Shown here piece after piece: positions 1 to 9,939 of a stretch of DNA of 64,000 nucleotides. The notes under the pieces are model-generated. The model did not search any database. It was not told the DNA's origin and saw nothing but the letters and a program-made list of their open reading frames with translations. Source of the DNA: Erysipelotrichaceae bacterium. GTDB taxonomy: Bacteria; Bacillota_I; Bacilli_A; RFN20; DUOF01. Every line of letters starts with the position of its first letter. The stretch's first letter is position 1. A program made the position numbers and the translations under genes. The DNA lies in contig SVBH01000004.1 in NCBI GenBank assembly GCA_015058985.1, positions 2,383 to 66,382 of the forward strand, written 5' to 3'.

Positions 1-6
1 AAGTTG

Positions 7-912
7 TTAAAGAATAGTTTTTTCTAACCACTTTATCGGGCGTATCGAATATTTTGTTTGTAATAATTTATAAATAGTATTAAGTTTAGTGTAGTTAAAA
101 GATATTTTTTGTTTTTGTTCAAAAAGAAAATTAAAAATATCTTTTTTATTATCATAAAACTCTATCAATTCTTCAAAAAGAAAATCAGGATATAATATTC
201 TAGACATTAAATAACTTGCCTCTTTTGCGTTAATTTGATAGTAATCTAAAATATTTTCTATTTCACTTATACTAAATTCTTCACTTTTAAAAAGAAACGC
301 CAAGTCCCTAACCGGATTATCAATAATCATGTTCAATGGATTTAAAAAAGAATAAGTATCAAAACTACATTTTTTCTTATGAGAAATCGTTAATCTCTCT
401 AATTTATCGTTACTATCTTCAATTATATCTGCTAAATATTGAAAAGAGTTCTCTGCCAATCCAAAACTATAAAAAATAAGTTGTAAGAATTCTTTATAAT
501 TACTATGATCCTTCCTGATTGAGGAAACAACCACATTACTTATAAATTCATATTTTTCCTCCTGCAAGGATAAAACTTTTTTTAGACTGTATTCTCTGTT
601 GTCTATTCCAGAAAAAAATTCATGTAATTTATAATAATCAACTAAATCTATAACTACATTAGGAATAGAAATTAATACATAAGCTATACCATTGTAATGA
701 GAAATATACTTTCCATTCTTATTTTTAATAATATATCCACTCTTACCATCTAACTTTTTAGCTATTTCAACAGAAAATGAAGCAATAGATTTTATTTTTT
801 CTTCATTATCATCAACTCTCTCCAATTTAAAAAACCAATTCTTATAAACAAAGCTCTCATTAACAATATTTACTGGATAATATCCATAATTATCAAATAA
901 AAAAGCAAACAT
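7..912 (-). CDS. Spore coat protein, YutH/CotS family (degenerate kinase-like fold)
   Basis: Motifs 'GLAENSFQY', 'TISH', 'NPLNMIIDNPVRDLA' and 'SRILYP' match YutH; downstream of yunB; GGAGG RBS. Confidence 0.7.
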   Translation of the reverse strand: MFAFLFDNYGYYPVNIVNESFVYKNWFFKLERVDDNEEKIKSIASFSVEIAKKLDGKSGYIIKNKNGKYISHYNGIAYVLISIPNVVIDLVDYYKLHEFFSGIDNREYSLKKVLSLQEEKYEFISNVVVSSIRKDHSNYKEFLQLIFYSFGLAENSFQYLADIIEDSNDKLERLTISHKKKCSFDTYSFLNPLNMIIDNPVRDLAFLFKSEEFSISEIENILDYYQINAKEASYLMSRILYPDFLFEELIEFYDNKKDIFNFLFEQKQKISFNYTKLNTIYKLLQTKYSIRPIKWLEKTIL

Positions 913-920
913 TAGTCCTC

Positions 921-1640
921 CTAACCAACAGGAATTTGGCCTGTTATACCATTTATACTGCTACTTCCTATATAATAATTAGGTATTTCCCCTTGAACAG
1001 CTAAAGAGGCAATCACTAAATTTGTTTCAATTCTATGATTATCTTTATTGAATGGAACTAGAATTTTTAAATTAATAGTAACCTTCATAATTATTTCTAC
1101 TATCACATTATTAATTCCATACGAATTAATAGAAGAAACTATATCTGTCGAAGCATTTCCAATTAATTGAAATTTAATGGGTATTTTAGGGCCTAATGAT
1201 GTTAAAAGAAAATTAGATGACCCGACAAACAATGGAACTTGGTAATAAATGGAATTATTTTTCACTTTATAATCAAATAAATCATTTACTATACCTAATG
1301 ATTCAATTTTTCCATCCTGAACTAGTTTTATATTCTTATTAATCAAATCATTTGTTTTTGCATTCATTCTATTTAATAAAGATGAATTATAAGAAAAACT
1401 TTTTATTTTCCCTGCTTCATCCTCTTTTACAATAATATATGGTTGATTTATTTGATCAACAATTTCTAAAACTGAACTATTAATTATCAAATTAGCCATT
1501 TCTTCACTTCTATTCTTGCCATATTCTATTACTACAGGTCTAACTTTTTTATTTAGTGTGTTAACTGTTAGAACAACCATTACTATTAAGCTTACAACGA
1601 AACCTATTATTTTTATATCTTTCAAAGTAAAATCTTTCAT
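921..1640 (-). CDS. yunB: Sporulation protein YunB
   Basis: N-terminal TM helix, then 'LGPKIPIKFQLIG', 'SYGINN' and 'VQGEIPNYY'; start moved to ATG 1640 (RBS GAGGT). Confidence 0.85.
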   Translation of the reverse strand: MKDFTLKDIKIIGFVVSLIVMVVLTVNTLNKKVRPVVIEYGKNRSEEMANLIINSSVLEIVDQINQPYIIVKEDEAGKIKSFSYNSSLLNRMNAKTNDLINKNIKLVQDGKIESLGIVNDLFDYKVKNNSIYYQVPLFVGSSNFLLTSLGPKIPIKFQLIGNASTDIVSSINSYGINNVIVEIIMKVTINLKILVPFNKDNHRIETNLVIASLAVQGEIPNYYIGSSSINGITGQIPVG

Positions 1641-1655
1641 TATTAACCTCATGTA

Positions 1656-1684
1656 AATATATGAATTAAAGCTGAATAAAATGA
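1656..1684 (-). promoter_or_regulatory. sigmaE-like promoter for yunB-yutH
   Basis: TCATTTT-14 nt-CATATATT on the minus strand, close to the B. subtilis sigmaE consensus; yunB is sigmaE-dependent in B. subtilis. Confidence 0.55.
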
Positions 1685-1717
1685 ATATATTTGTTAATAA
1701 TGTGTGCAGGTGATTAG

Positions 1718-2146
1718 ATGAAAAGTATTGCAAAAAACATAATGAGCAAAAATGTAATTTCCATTCTTCCCTCAACTACTGTACAAGAAGCAGCTATTAT
1801 AATGAAAAAATATGATATTGGTTTTTTACCGATAATTGAAAATCACAACATTCTAGGGGTAATAACAGATCGTGATATCGTTATAAGAGCAGCTATAAGC
1901 AATGATTTAAACAAAACTATAAATAATTTTATGACTCCTTCCCCCTTACAATTTGTAACCGAGGATACCTCAATTTCAGATGTCATCTTCACTATGGCCA
2001 ATTATAAAATAAGAAGGGTTTTGGTATTAAATGAAAACAATCATTTGTCTGGTATAATTTCACTTAAAGATGTAATCCTTTATAGCGTTGAAAATATTAA
2101 TAATATTGCCAATATTTTTACTGAAACACATTTTAGAAATTTATAA
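1718..2146 (+). CDS. Tandem CBS-domain protein (YhcV/YlbB-like)
   Basis: 'AKNIMS', 'DIGFLPI', 'GVITDRDIVIRA', 'IRRVLV', 'GIISLKD'. Confidence 0.85.
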   Translation: MKSIAKNIMSKNVISILPSTTVQEAAIIMKKYDIGFLPIIENHNILGVITDRDIVIRAAISNDLNKTINNFMTPSPLQFVTEDTSISDVIFTMANYKIRRVLVLNENNHLSGIISLKDVILYSVENINNIANIFTETHFRNL

Positions 2147-2181
2147 AAAAAATAGACAGTTAGTTAGCTGTCTATCTTTTT
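2147..2181. terminator. Bidirectional intrinsic terminator
   Basis: atagacagt/gctgtctat hairpin flanked by A and T runs. Confidence 0.6.
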
Positions 2182-2396
2182 ATTTGACTTTGTTCTTGAT
2201 CTTTCAAAAAAAGTGAATGTATCTTTTTTTAAGAGTTCATTATTATAAAGTGATCGCAGCATTGTTCTATTATCAACAGTTGGTAAAGCTAGTACAAAAT
2301 TTCCGTTCATTTCCTGAAACATTTTAGGACAACGTTTTTTATTCCTTCTTCTATATTAGATTTTAGTTCAAAAATCTCCACTTCTGGCTTTTTCAT
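2164..2396 (-). pseudogene. Possible frameshifted ~77-aa ORF, or two coupled small ORFs (29 aa and 48 aa)
   Basis: ATG 2396 reads MKKPEVEIFELKSNIEEGIKNVVLKCFRK-stop; an overlapping ATGA opens MNGNFVLALPTVDNRTML...KKIDS; A6 run at 2335-2340. Confidence 0.3.
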
Positions 2397-2499
2397 CTTA
2401 TACCACTTCCCTATAGTTTTATTATGTCATATATATCAACCTCGAACTAAAAAAATCGTTTAAAAAAAGCCTATTAGTTTTTCTAATAGACTTATTAGT

Positions 2500-3894
2500 T
2501 TAACCTATTGAATTTTCCATTTCTAAGTTAATTAATTGGTTTAATTCTACAGCGTACTCCATTGGAAGTTCCGAACTAAATGGTTCAATAAATCCCATAA
2601 CAATCATTTTTAAAGCTTGTTTTTTATCTATTCCACGACTCATCAAATAGAACAATTGATCCTCGCTAACCTTAGAAACACTTGCTTCATGTTCAATAAT
2701 TGATTGGTTATTACCTACCTCATTAGAAGGAATCGTATCGCTTCTTGATTTATCATCTAAAAGTAAAGTATCACATTGAACATGACTTCGTGAATTTATC
2801 GCATTTGGTCCAATTTTAACTAGACCTCGATAGTTAACTTCTCCTCCATTTTTACCAATGGATTTTGAAATAATTGTAGAACTAGTATTTGGGGCTAAAT
2901 GTATCATCTTAGCTCCTGCATCTTGTCTTTGATTATTTGAGGCAACTGCTATTGAAATACAAAGTCCTTTGGCTCTTTCACCTGCTAAGATACAAGCAGG
3001 ATATTTCATATTGATAGAAGAACCAATATTTCCATCTATCCATTCCATAAGACCACCTTCATCAACTTTTGCTCTTTTAGTTACTAAATTGATAATGTTA
3101 TCAGACCAGTTTTGAATGGTAGAATAACGACATTTTGCTCTTTTTCCAACATATATTTCTACTACTGCTGCATGTAAAGAAGATGCAGAATATAAAGGAG
3201 CAGTACATCCTTCAACATAATGAACATCAGCATCATCATCCACAATAATTAAAGTTCTTTCAAATTGCCCCATTCTTTCAGAATTGATTCTAAAATATGA
3301 TTGTAAAGGTTTATCCACCTTTACCCCTTTTGGCACATAGATAAATGATCCTCCTGACCAAACTGCACTATTTAAAGCTGCAAATTTGTTGTCTGTATAA
3401 GGTACTAATTTACCAAAATATTTTTTGAATAACTCTGGATGTTCTTTTAAAGCAGTATCAGTATCAGTAAAAATAATGCCTTTTTCTTCTACTTCTTTTA
3501 ACATATTGTGATATACAACTTCTGACTCATATTGAGTGGATACACCAGCCAAATATTTTTGTTCAGCTTCTGGGATTCCTAGCTTATCAAAAGTGTTTTT
3601 AATAGTTTCAGGAACCTCTTCCCAAGAAGAACTTCTTTTATCACTAGGTTTAATATAATAAGTAAAATCTTGATAATCTATTTGACTTAAATCAGGTCCC
3701 CAAGTCTGTAAAGGCCTTTCCTCAAAATGTTTTAAAGATTTAAGTCTGAATTCTTTCATCCATTCAGGTTCTTTTTTTACTTCTGATATTTCTTTTACAA
3801 TATCTTCATTTAAACCTTTACTAGTTTTATAAGATGCGTTTTCTTCATCTTTAAAGCCATATTTATATTCTTCTTTAAAAGAAGATTTACTCAT
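2500..3894 (-). CDS. sufB: Fe-S cluster assembly protein SufB
   Basis: 'GQFERTLII', 'YVEGCTAP', 'SLHAAVVE', '[10 protein letters not shown]'-like and '[11 protein letters not shown]'. Confidence 0.97.
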   Translation of the reverse strand: MSKSSFKEEYKYGFKDEENASYKTSKGLNEDIVKEISEVKKEPEWMKEFRLKSLKHFEERPLQTWGPDLSQIDYQDFTYYIKPSDKRSSSWEEVPETIKNTFDKLGIPEAEQKYLAGVSTQYESEVVYHNMLKEVEEKGIIFTDTDTALKEHPELFKKYFGKLVPYTDNKFAALNSAVWSGGSFIYVPKGVKVDKPLQSYFRINSERMGQFERTLIIVDDDADVHYVEGCTAPLYSASSLHAAVVEIYVGKRAKCRYSTIQNWSDNIINLVTKRAKVDEGGLMEWIDGNIGSSINMKYPACILAGERAKGLCISIAVASNNQRQDAGAKMIHLAPNTSSTIISKSIGKNGGEVNYRGLVKIGPNAINSRSHVQCDTLLLDDKSRSDTIPSNEVGNNQSIIEHEASVSKVSEDQLFYLMSRGIDKKQALKMIVMGFIEPFSSELPMEYAVELNQLINLEMENSIG

Positions 3895-3899
3895 CTTAC

Positions 3900-4346
3900 T
3901 CACTCCTTTTCTTCAAGTATTTCTTTTGCTCCAAGCCAACCAATAGTAGCACATTTGATACGATTAGCTTGTTTACCAGTATTTTTAAAAGCTCCAGCTT
4001 CACCTAGTAATTCTTCATCATATTCTTCTTCATTAATCATTTTTAAATATTCATTTATAATAACATCAGCTTCTTGCTTTGTTTTTCCTTTTAAAAGTTC
4101 TGTCATAATTGAAGTTGATGCTGTCGAAATAGCACATGCAACCCCGTCAAATCTAATATCTTCTATCTTTCCATTAACAAGTAACATTTCTACTGTAATA
4201 TCATCAATACAAGAATCAGAATTCATTCTTTTGCTACAATAATCACAGTTATGCGTTAATTCTTTATTTCTTGGATATTGATAATGGTCTAATATTACTT
4301 GTCTAACCATCATTGGATCATCAAAAATAGGCGTCAAGAAAATCAC
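3900..4346 (-). CDS. sufU: SufU (NifU-like) sulfur transfer protein
   Basis: '[10 protein letters not shown]', 'SCID', '[10 protein letters not shown]', 'RIKCA'. Confidence 0.95.
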   Translation of the reverse strand: MIFLTPIFDDPMMVRQVILDHYQYPRNKELTHNCDYCSKRMNSDSCIDDITVEMLLVNGKIEDIRFDGVACAISTASTSIMTELLKGKTKQEADVIINEYLKMINEEEYDEELLGEAGAFKNTGKQANRIKCATIGWLGAKEILEEKE

Positions 4347-5535
4347 TTCCTCCCTTAGCTATTGATACAAAATAATCTATTTCTTCCTTAGTGTTGTAAA
4401 AAGAGAAAGAACATCTTAAATTCAAAGGTACATAATGACCAACAACTAGTTTAGCACAATGATTCCCTCCCCTTACACAAATGCCATATTTATTAAAATA
4501 ACTAGCACTATCTTGAGGGAAAACTCCTTTGATATTAAAGATTAAAAGATTACTATCACTATCTTCATTATATATTTCTACATTATCTAATTCTTTTAAT
4601 TTCTTTAAAGCGTATTTTTTTAATTCTATTTCATATTTATGAATATCATCTAAACCTATTTTTTCTAAATAAGTTATTGCAGCAGTAAGTCCTAAAGCTG
4701 CTTCAATTTTAGGGGTTCCTGCTTCAAATTTGGTAGGTGAACTTTTGTAAGTTACATTCATTGATTTATCATAGATAATATTCATTCCTCCACCTTCATA
4801 AAAAGGGGTCATTTTTTCTAATAATTCTTGTTTTCCATATAAAACCCCTATTCCTGTAGGTCCACATAATTTATGACCTGAGAAATAAAGAAAATCACAA
4901 TCTAATTCTTTAACGTCAACCTTCATAAAAGTAACACTTTGAGCAGCATCTACTAAAACAACTGCCCCTACTTTATGAGCTTCTTTAGTGATATTTTTTA
5001 TATCATTCACATATCCCAAAGTATTTGAAGCATGACATATCGCCAAAATCTTCGTTTTATTAGTTATCGTTTTCTTAACATTTTCAATTGTAACCTTATT
5101 GTTTTCTAAAGGAATAAACTTAATAACTGCTTTTTTCATCTTAGCAATCTTAAACCAAGGTAGAGTATTTGAAGCATGTTCTTGCTCCGTCAATACGATT
5201 TCATCACCTTCATTTATAAAATCTAATCCATAACTAAAAGCTACTAGATTAGCACTTTCTGTTGTTCCAGAAGTGAAAACTACTTCATTCTTTTTAGCAC
5301 CAATAAAATTAGCGCATATATTTCTTGCTTTTTCATATTCAGTATCTACTTTATAGCTCAAATCATAATCTCCACGATGAGCATTTGCAGTGTAGTTACA
5401 ATAATATTCTTTAATCGCATCTAAGACACAATATGGTTTTAAAGTTGTAGCAGCATTATCAAAATACACTAATGGCTTTTCTCTTTTTTCCATCAGCATT
5501 GGAAAATCTTTTCTAATGCTTTCAACATCCAACAT
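4321..5535 (-). CDS. sufS: Cysteine desulfurase SufS
   Basis: 'YFDNAATT', 'SGHKLCGPTGIG', 'RGGNHCA'. Confidence 0.96.
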   Translation of the reverse strand: MLDVESIRKDFPMLMEKREKPLVYFDNAATTLKPYCVLDAIKEYYCNYTANAHRGDYDLSYKVDTEYEKARNICANFIGAKKNEVVFTSGTTESANLVAFSYGLDFINEGDEIVLTEQEHASNTLPWFKIAKMKKAVIKFIPLENNKVTIENVKKTITNKTKILAICHASNTLGYVNDIKNITKEAHKVGAVVLVDAAQSVTFMKVDVKELDCDFLYFSGHKLCGPTGIGVLYGKQELLEKMTPFYEGGGMNIIYDKSMNVTYKSSPTKFEAGTPKIEAALGLTAAITYLEKIGLDDIHKYEIELKKYALKKLKELDNVEIYNEDSDSNLLIFNIKGVFPQDSASYFNKYGICVRGGNHCAKLVVGHYVPLNLRCSFSFYNTKEEIDYFVSIAKGGSDFLDAYF

Positions 5536-6369
5536 TTAAAACACCTCTTTCTCCATCAAAAGATTAATTTCTTTTTTTATTTTTTCATCACTAATATATT
5601 CCAAAACAGGTTTTAAGTAACCTATTGCAATTGTTTTTTTAGCATCAATTGCACTTATTCCACGACTCATCAAATAAAAGATATGATTATCATCTACTTT
5701 TCCTACTGCAGCAGCATGAGAAGCAGAAACATCATTTTCATCTATATACAACAAAGGTTTAATTTCCCCAGTACTTTTCTCATCAAACAAAATGATTTTA
5801 TTGTTTTGTAAAACATTGCTTTTTTTACATCCTTTTTTGATAGACCCCATAATTTCAAATAAAAGGTTCCCGTCTGCACTTACAACGCCATAATTGTCTA
5901 ATTTAGAACTTGAACCTATAGTATTATGATTAACCCCTATTGACATTCTCTTACTGTTAGATGCAGCCATTGAAGCAACTCTACTATAACAATAAGAATT
6001 TTCTCCATTAATATCTATAATACTCTTAAATTGGTAATCGTTATCAAATAAATCGATTATTATTTGTTCATATTTATCATTCTTATTTATCTCAATTTTT
6101 TTTAATACGTTAGAATTTCCTTGTTTAATTAAAGAAATATTTCTAACTTCTAAATCACTATTTACTACTAACTTATAATCAACAAAAGAAGTTTTAAAAT
6201 ATTCTTCACTAATATCTATTGAATCATTTACTTCCAAAACCAAAGAACCGTTGTTCAATTCTATAAAGGTATTTCCTTTTCGATTAGTTACAATAATTTT
6301 ATTTGCTTCTTTAACTAATTCTCTTTCAGAAAAAATTTGAATTTTATTTTCTTCAAATACTATCTTCAT
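5536..6369 (-). CDS. sufD: SufD (short form)
   Basis: 'PLLYIDENDVSASHAAAVG', 'IFYLMSRG'; position in the operon. Confidence 0.9.
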   Translation of the reverse strand: MKIVFEENKIQIFSERELVKEANKIIVTNRKGNTFIELNNGSLVLEVNDSIDISEEYFKTSFVDYKLVVNSDLEVRNISLIKQGNSNVLKKIEINKNDKYEQIIIDLFDNDYQFKSIIDINGENSYCYSRVASMAASNSKRMSIGVNHNTIGSSSKLDNYGVVSADGNLLFEIMGSIKKGCKKSNVLQNNKIILFDEKSTGEIKPLLYIDENDVSASHAAAVGKVDDNHIFYLMSRGISAIDAKKTIAIGYLKPVLEYISDEKIKKEINLLMEKEVF

Positions 6370-7181
6370 TATTTAGTTACCTTAACAGCACAAGTTCCAA
6401 TGGAGATTTTCTTTTTCTCTTTCTTCAACTTAATACCATATTCCTTCTCAATAAACTCATATCCTTGTTGATTAACTTTGTCTAACAATTCCTTTCCACC
6501 AGTCAAAATAATTTTACCATCGACGATAATATGAACATTGGTAGGTTCAATCATCTCATACAATTTAGAATAGTGTGAAATAATTACCGCCCCAAAATCA
6601 GGTCCTTTCATTTCATTTATGGTATTAGCAACTATTCTTAGAGCATCAACATCTAACCCTGAATCAATCTCATCAAGTAACGCTATCTTAGGTTGCAAAA
6701 GTTTCATTTGAAGCAATTCATTACGCTTCTTTTCTCCACCAGAAAAACCTTCATTTAAATTACGATGAGCCATATCCAAAGATAAACCAACTTCATTACT
6801 ACATTTCTCCATATTTTTAATAAATTGATACAATCCAATTGGTTTCTCAAGTCTAGCATTTATTGAAGCTTTTAAAAAATCTCCATTATTAACTCCTGCT
6901 ACTTCAGGTGGATATTGCATTGCTAAAAACAATCCTGCTTTGGATCTTTCGTCTACTTCCATACCTAAAACATCTTTTCCATCAAAAGATATTTTCCCAG
7001 ATTCAACTTTATATTGATAATGTCCCATAATAGTATTCAATAATGTTGATTTTCCATGTCCATTAGGACCTATTAAAGCATGTATTTCACCAGTGTTAAC
7101 CGTTAAATTCAAACCGTTTAAAATAATATTATCTTCTACTGTTACTACTAAATCCTCTATTTTTAGAGTTTTCATTAACAT
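6369..7181 (-). CDS. sufC: Fe-S assembly ATPase SufC
   Basis: 'GPNGHGKST', 'FLAMQYP', 'GFSGGEKKRNE', 'LDEIDSGLDVDA'. Confidence 0.97.
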   Translation of the reverse strand: MLMKTLKIEDLVVTVEDNIILNGLNLTVNTGEIHALIGPNGHGKSTLLNTIMGHYQYKVESGKISFDGKDVLGMEVDERSKAGLFLAMQYPPEVAGVNNGDFLKASINARLEKPIGLYQFIKNMEKCSNEVGLSLDMAHRNLNEGFSGGEKKRNELLQMKLLQPKIALLDEIDSGLDVDALRIVANTINEMKGPDFGAVIISHYSKLYEMIEPTNVHIIVDGKIILTGGKELLDKVNQQGYEFIEKEYGIKLKKEKKKISIGTCAVKVTK

Positions 7182-7229
7182 TCACCTCTACTCCTAAATA
7201 TTTTAACTATATTATAAATATAATTCAAT

Positions 7230-7742
7230 TTATTTTAACCTAATTTTATCTTTTATCATCCTATCACAAATTATAGCGATAAAGACTTGGAAAGGTAGAA
7301 TGAGCAACTGCTTAATATATCTAATAGGTAGTAATAAATCAAAATATTTGTTATACATTATTCTTAACCAAATTGTATTTAATACAGCATGGACTAAAAA
7401 ATCTATTACAAGACAAGCTATTAAAGTCATAATTAACAACTTTTTACTTGACCACTCTGTCTTGTGATACAAACATATTCCATATATAAATCCTGATAAA
7501 GCAGCACTAACTGTAAAACCAAAAAAATAGGTTCCAAAAGGAAAAAGCAACGCACCTATTAAATCAATAGAAGCCGCCACAATTGTAGAATATTTCCATC
7601 CTAAAACTTCCGCTACAATAATAATTGGTACAAAGCTAAAACTTATTTGAACTATTGGAGTGTTAATAGATAAAAATCTTGATAAAATAACACCCAATGC
7701 AATAGCAATTCCACAGAAAGAAATGATCCTAGTTTTATTCAT
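7230..7742 (-). CDS. folT: Folate-family ECF transporter S component
   Basis: 'LSRFLSI', 'DLIGALLFPFGTYFFGFT', 'LNTIWL'; multi-TM protein. Confidence 0.85.
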   Translation of the reverse strand: MNKTRIISFCGIAIALGVILSRFLSINTPIVQISFSFVPIIIVAEVLGWKYSTIVAASIDLIGALLFPFGTYFFGFTVSAALSGFIYGICLYHKTEWSSKKLLIMTLIACLVIDFLVHAVLNTIWLRIMYNKYFDLLLPIRYIKQLLILPFQVFIAIICDRMIKDKIRLK

Positions 7743-7819
7743 AAATTATCACCTGATAATATTATATATTATTTTAAAAGATAAACAATAAAAAAAGAGC
7801 ACTTTACATGCTCTTCTTA

Positions 7820-7906
7820 TTAATAATTATAGCCCCATAAACCATAGCCTATGATTGCTAAAAGTATAAATAGAACTAAGATTATTGCAAATGAATTTCC
7901 GCACAT
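7820..7906 (-). CDS. YjcZ/SscA-family tiny sporulation membrane peptide (28 aa; not in the ORF track)
   Basis: Translates MCGNSFAIILVLFILLAIIGYGLWGYNY; AAGGAGG RBS. Confidence 0.85.
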   Translation of the reverse strand: MCGNSFAIILVLFILLAIIGYGLWGYNY

Positions 7907-7933
7907 ACTAAAGTCCTCCTTTCAAATCTTATT

Positions 7934-8059
7934 TTAGAACCAAGCAGCACCAATTATTGCTAATAAAATGAATAGAACTAAGATTAATAAGAAACCATTA
8001 TTTCCATATCCATTTCCTGCAAATTGTTGGCAACCTGTACCACAAGCACCAGTATTCAT
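7934..8059 (-). CDS. YjcZ/SscA-family tiny sporulation membrane peptide (41 aa; not in the ORF track)
   Basis: Translates MNTGACGTGCQQFAGNGYGNNGFLLILVLFILLAIIGAAWF; AAGGAGG RBS. Confidence 0.85.
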   Translation of the reverse strand: MNTGACGTGCQQFAGNGYGNNGFLLILVLFILLAIIGAAWF

Positions 8060-8086
8060 ATATTGGATCCTCCTTTGTTTTCAATT

Positions 8087-8113
8087 TATTTTATGCATTT
8101 CCTAAACTATGGT
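8087..8113 (-). promoter_or_regulatory. sigmaK-like promoter for the YjcZ pair
   Basis: AC-16 nt-CATAAAATA on the minus strand. Confidence 0.35.
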
Positions 8114-8271
8114 TACTTTATTAAATAAAAATGGGCAAATATCATTTAATCTTAATAAATTTTGTCCATAATAACAAAAGGAAAAATCGTATATCAAACT
8201 ATTTTTATTATTGAAAATAATATTGAAATCAGTTAGAATATACAAATGTAACAATAAGGAGGAAATTTTTA

Positions 8272-9936
8272 ATGAAAAAATCATTGCTTACTTTGGCTGT
8301 CGCAACAATGTGTTTAGCTGGTTGCGGAAAATCTGAAGATGGTATTAAATCAAAAGAATTTGAAGGCCAAGAAGTTATCGCAATGGTAGGAAATACACCA
8401 ATTCTTGCTGATGATATAGCTGACCAACTACTATACAACGCAGAAGGTGCTGAATTAATCTATTCAGAGTTAACAAAATTAGTTACTAAGTTAGCTTATC
8501 CTGCCAAAGATGATATTAAAACATCTGCTGAAGTTCAATTATCACAATGGAAAGATGAAGTTAAAACAACAGCTTCTACAAATGGAACAACTTATGATGA
8601 TGAACTAAAAACTAAATTAGCAGAAGAGGGAGTGGACTCTCTTAACGAATTGGAGAAAAAATTCCAATACGATCTACAAAGAAAGAAATTAGAGGACCAA
8701 TATTGGACTGAAAATAAAGCTTCTTACTATGAAAACTATGCTAAAACAGCATTACCTTATCATGTGTCTCACTTCTTATTAAGCATAGGAGAACCAGGAG
8801 CTAATTATTTTTCAGAAACATTAACACAATCTGAAGCAAAAAAATTATCTTACTTGTTAGATGATTTAGCAGATCCAAATCAATCATTTGCATCTATCGC
8901 TGGAGATAGCGTTAATGGTTCAGCCGATACAGGAAGTGCAAAAGTTGGTGGAGATTTAGGAATTATGGATATTTATACATCTTTCGTTTCTGAATTCAAA
9001 TATTCTGTATACATGGCTGATTACTACTTACATCAATATGAAGAAGGTTTCTTTGAAGCAACACCTGCTATTTATCAAGAAATAGTAAAAACTTTAAAAG
9101 ATTCTGATTTCTATGCTAATGGAGCAAACTATATTCCTTATAGTGTTGCAAAAACATTCAAAGACAACATTGATGGTGTTGATGACAGTAGCAACAGTCA
9201 AGTTAAAGACAAAACTTCAACAAGATTCACTGCTGCTAACATTATTTTCCAAAACTATTTCAATAACCCAGGACTTAACTTCATTGAATACGATACATTA
9301 CCTGTAGGATTAACAAAAGGTGTTGACTATGTAGAAGTTAAAGTTGGACCAGGTGCTGGTGAAGTTAAAAATGTTTTAGCAAAAGACGGAAAAGTTGTAA
9401 TTGTTACTAGAAGTTCTGGATTAGACAGTAGTTCTGGATTACACTTTATCTTAGTTGAAAAATCACCACTTGAAAGTGATGCTGTAAAATACTATTCAGA
9501 AAATGATAATGATGATGAATACACTTCATTCATTGAATACTATGGAAAAGATCAAAAGAAAGATAAAGAAAGCACTTTAAAAACAAATGTTAAAACTGCT
9601 ATTGAATATGGAAGTTCTAGCACAACTGATTATTTAAATATGGATTTATTCCAAAAATATTATTTAGAAAAAGAAAGTACTATTACAATTGCAGATAAAG
9701 TTAAAACTCTTTTAAACAACTATTTATCTACTAAAGAAGAAATAGCAAAAGAAACTGCAAATGAAACAGTATTAAATTCAGTTAATCAATATGCATTAAG
9801 ACTAGATACATTTGATTATTACTACACTGATGCTCATTATGTTCCAGTAACATGTATTGATGCTAAAGTAGGTAATGAAAAAGCTTGTATTTGGGACAAC
9901 AATGCTAAGAAATACGTTAAAAGGGAGGCTGAATAA
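8272..9936 (+). CDS. Lipoprotein, PrsA/parvulin-like foldase with a large insertion
   Basis: Lipobox LAGC; parvulin motifs 'HVSHFLL', 'FASIA..SADTGSAKVGGDLG', 'FVSEF' and 'GLHFILV'. Confidence 0.7.
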   Translation: MKKSLLTLAVATMCLAGCGKSEDGIKSKEFEGQEVIAMVGNTPILADDIADQLLYNAEGAELIYSELTKLVTKLAYPAKDDIKTSAEVQLSQWKDEVKTTASTNGTTYDDELKTKLAEEGVDSLNELEKKFQYDLQRKKLEDQYWTENKASYYENYAKTALPYHVSHFLLSIGEPGANYFSETLTQSEAKKLSYLLDDLADPNQSFASIAGDSVNGSADTGSAKVGGDLGIMDIYTSFVSEFKYSVYMADYYLHQYEEGFFEATPAIYQEIVKTLKDSDFYANGANYIPYSVAKTFKDNIDGVDDSSNSQVKDKTSTRFTAANIIFQNYFNNPGLNFIEYDTLPVGLTKGVDYVEVKVGPGAGEVKNVLAKDGKVVIVTRSSGLDSSSGLHFILVEKSPLESDAVKYYSENDNDDEYTSFIEYYGKDQKKDKESTLKTNVKTAIEYGSSSTTDYLNMDLFQKYYLEKESTITIADKVKTLLNNYLSTKEEIAKETANETVLNSVNQYALRLDTFDYYYTDAHYVPVTCIDAKVGNEKACIWDNNAKKYVKREAE

Positions 9937-9939
9937 TTT

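Noticed and set aside
1641-1775. Long N-terminal extension of yunB in the ORF track
   Set aside because: It overlaps the divergent CBS gene and the promoter region; the RBS and sigmaE motif support a start at 1640
7743-7800. THF riboswitch upstream of folT
   Set aside because: Only ~50 nt of AT-rich sequence before the next terminator; no room or structure for one
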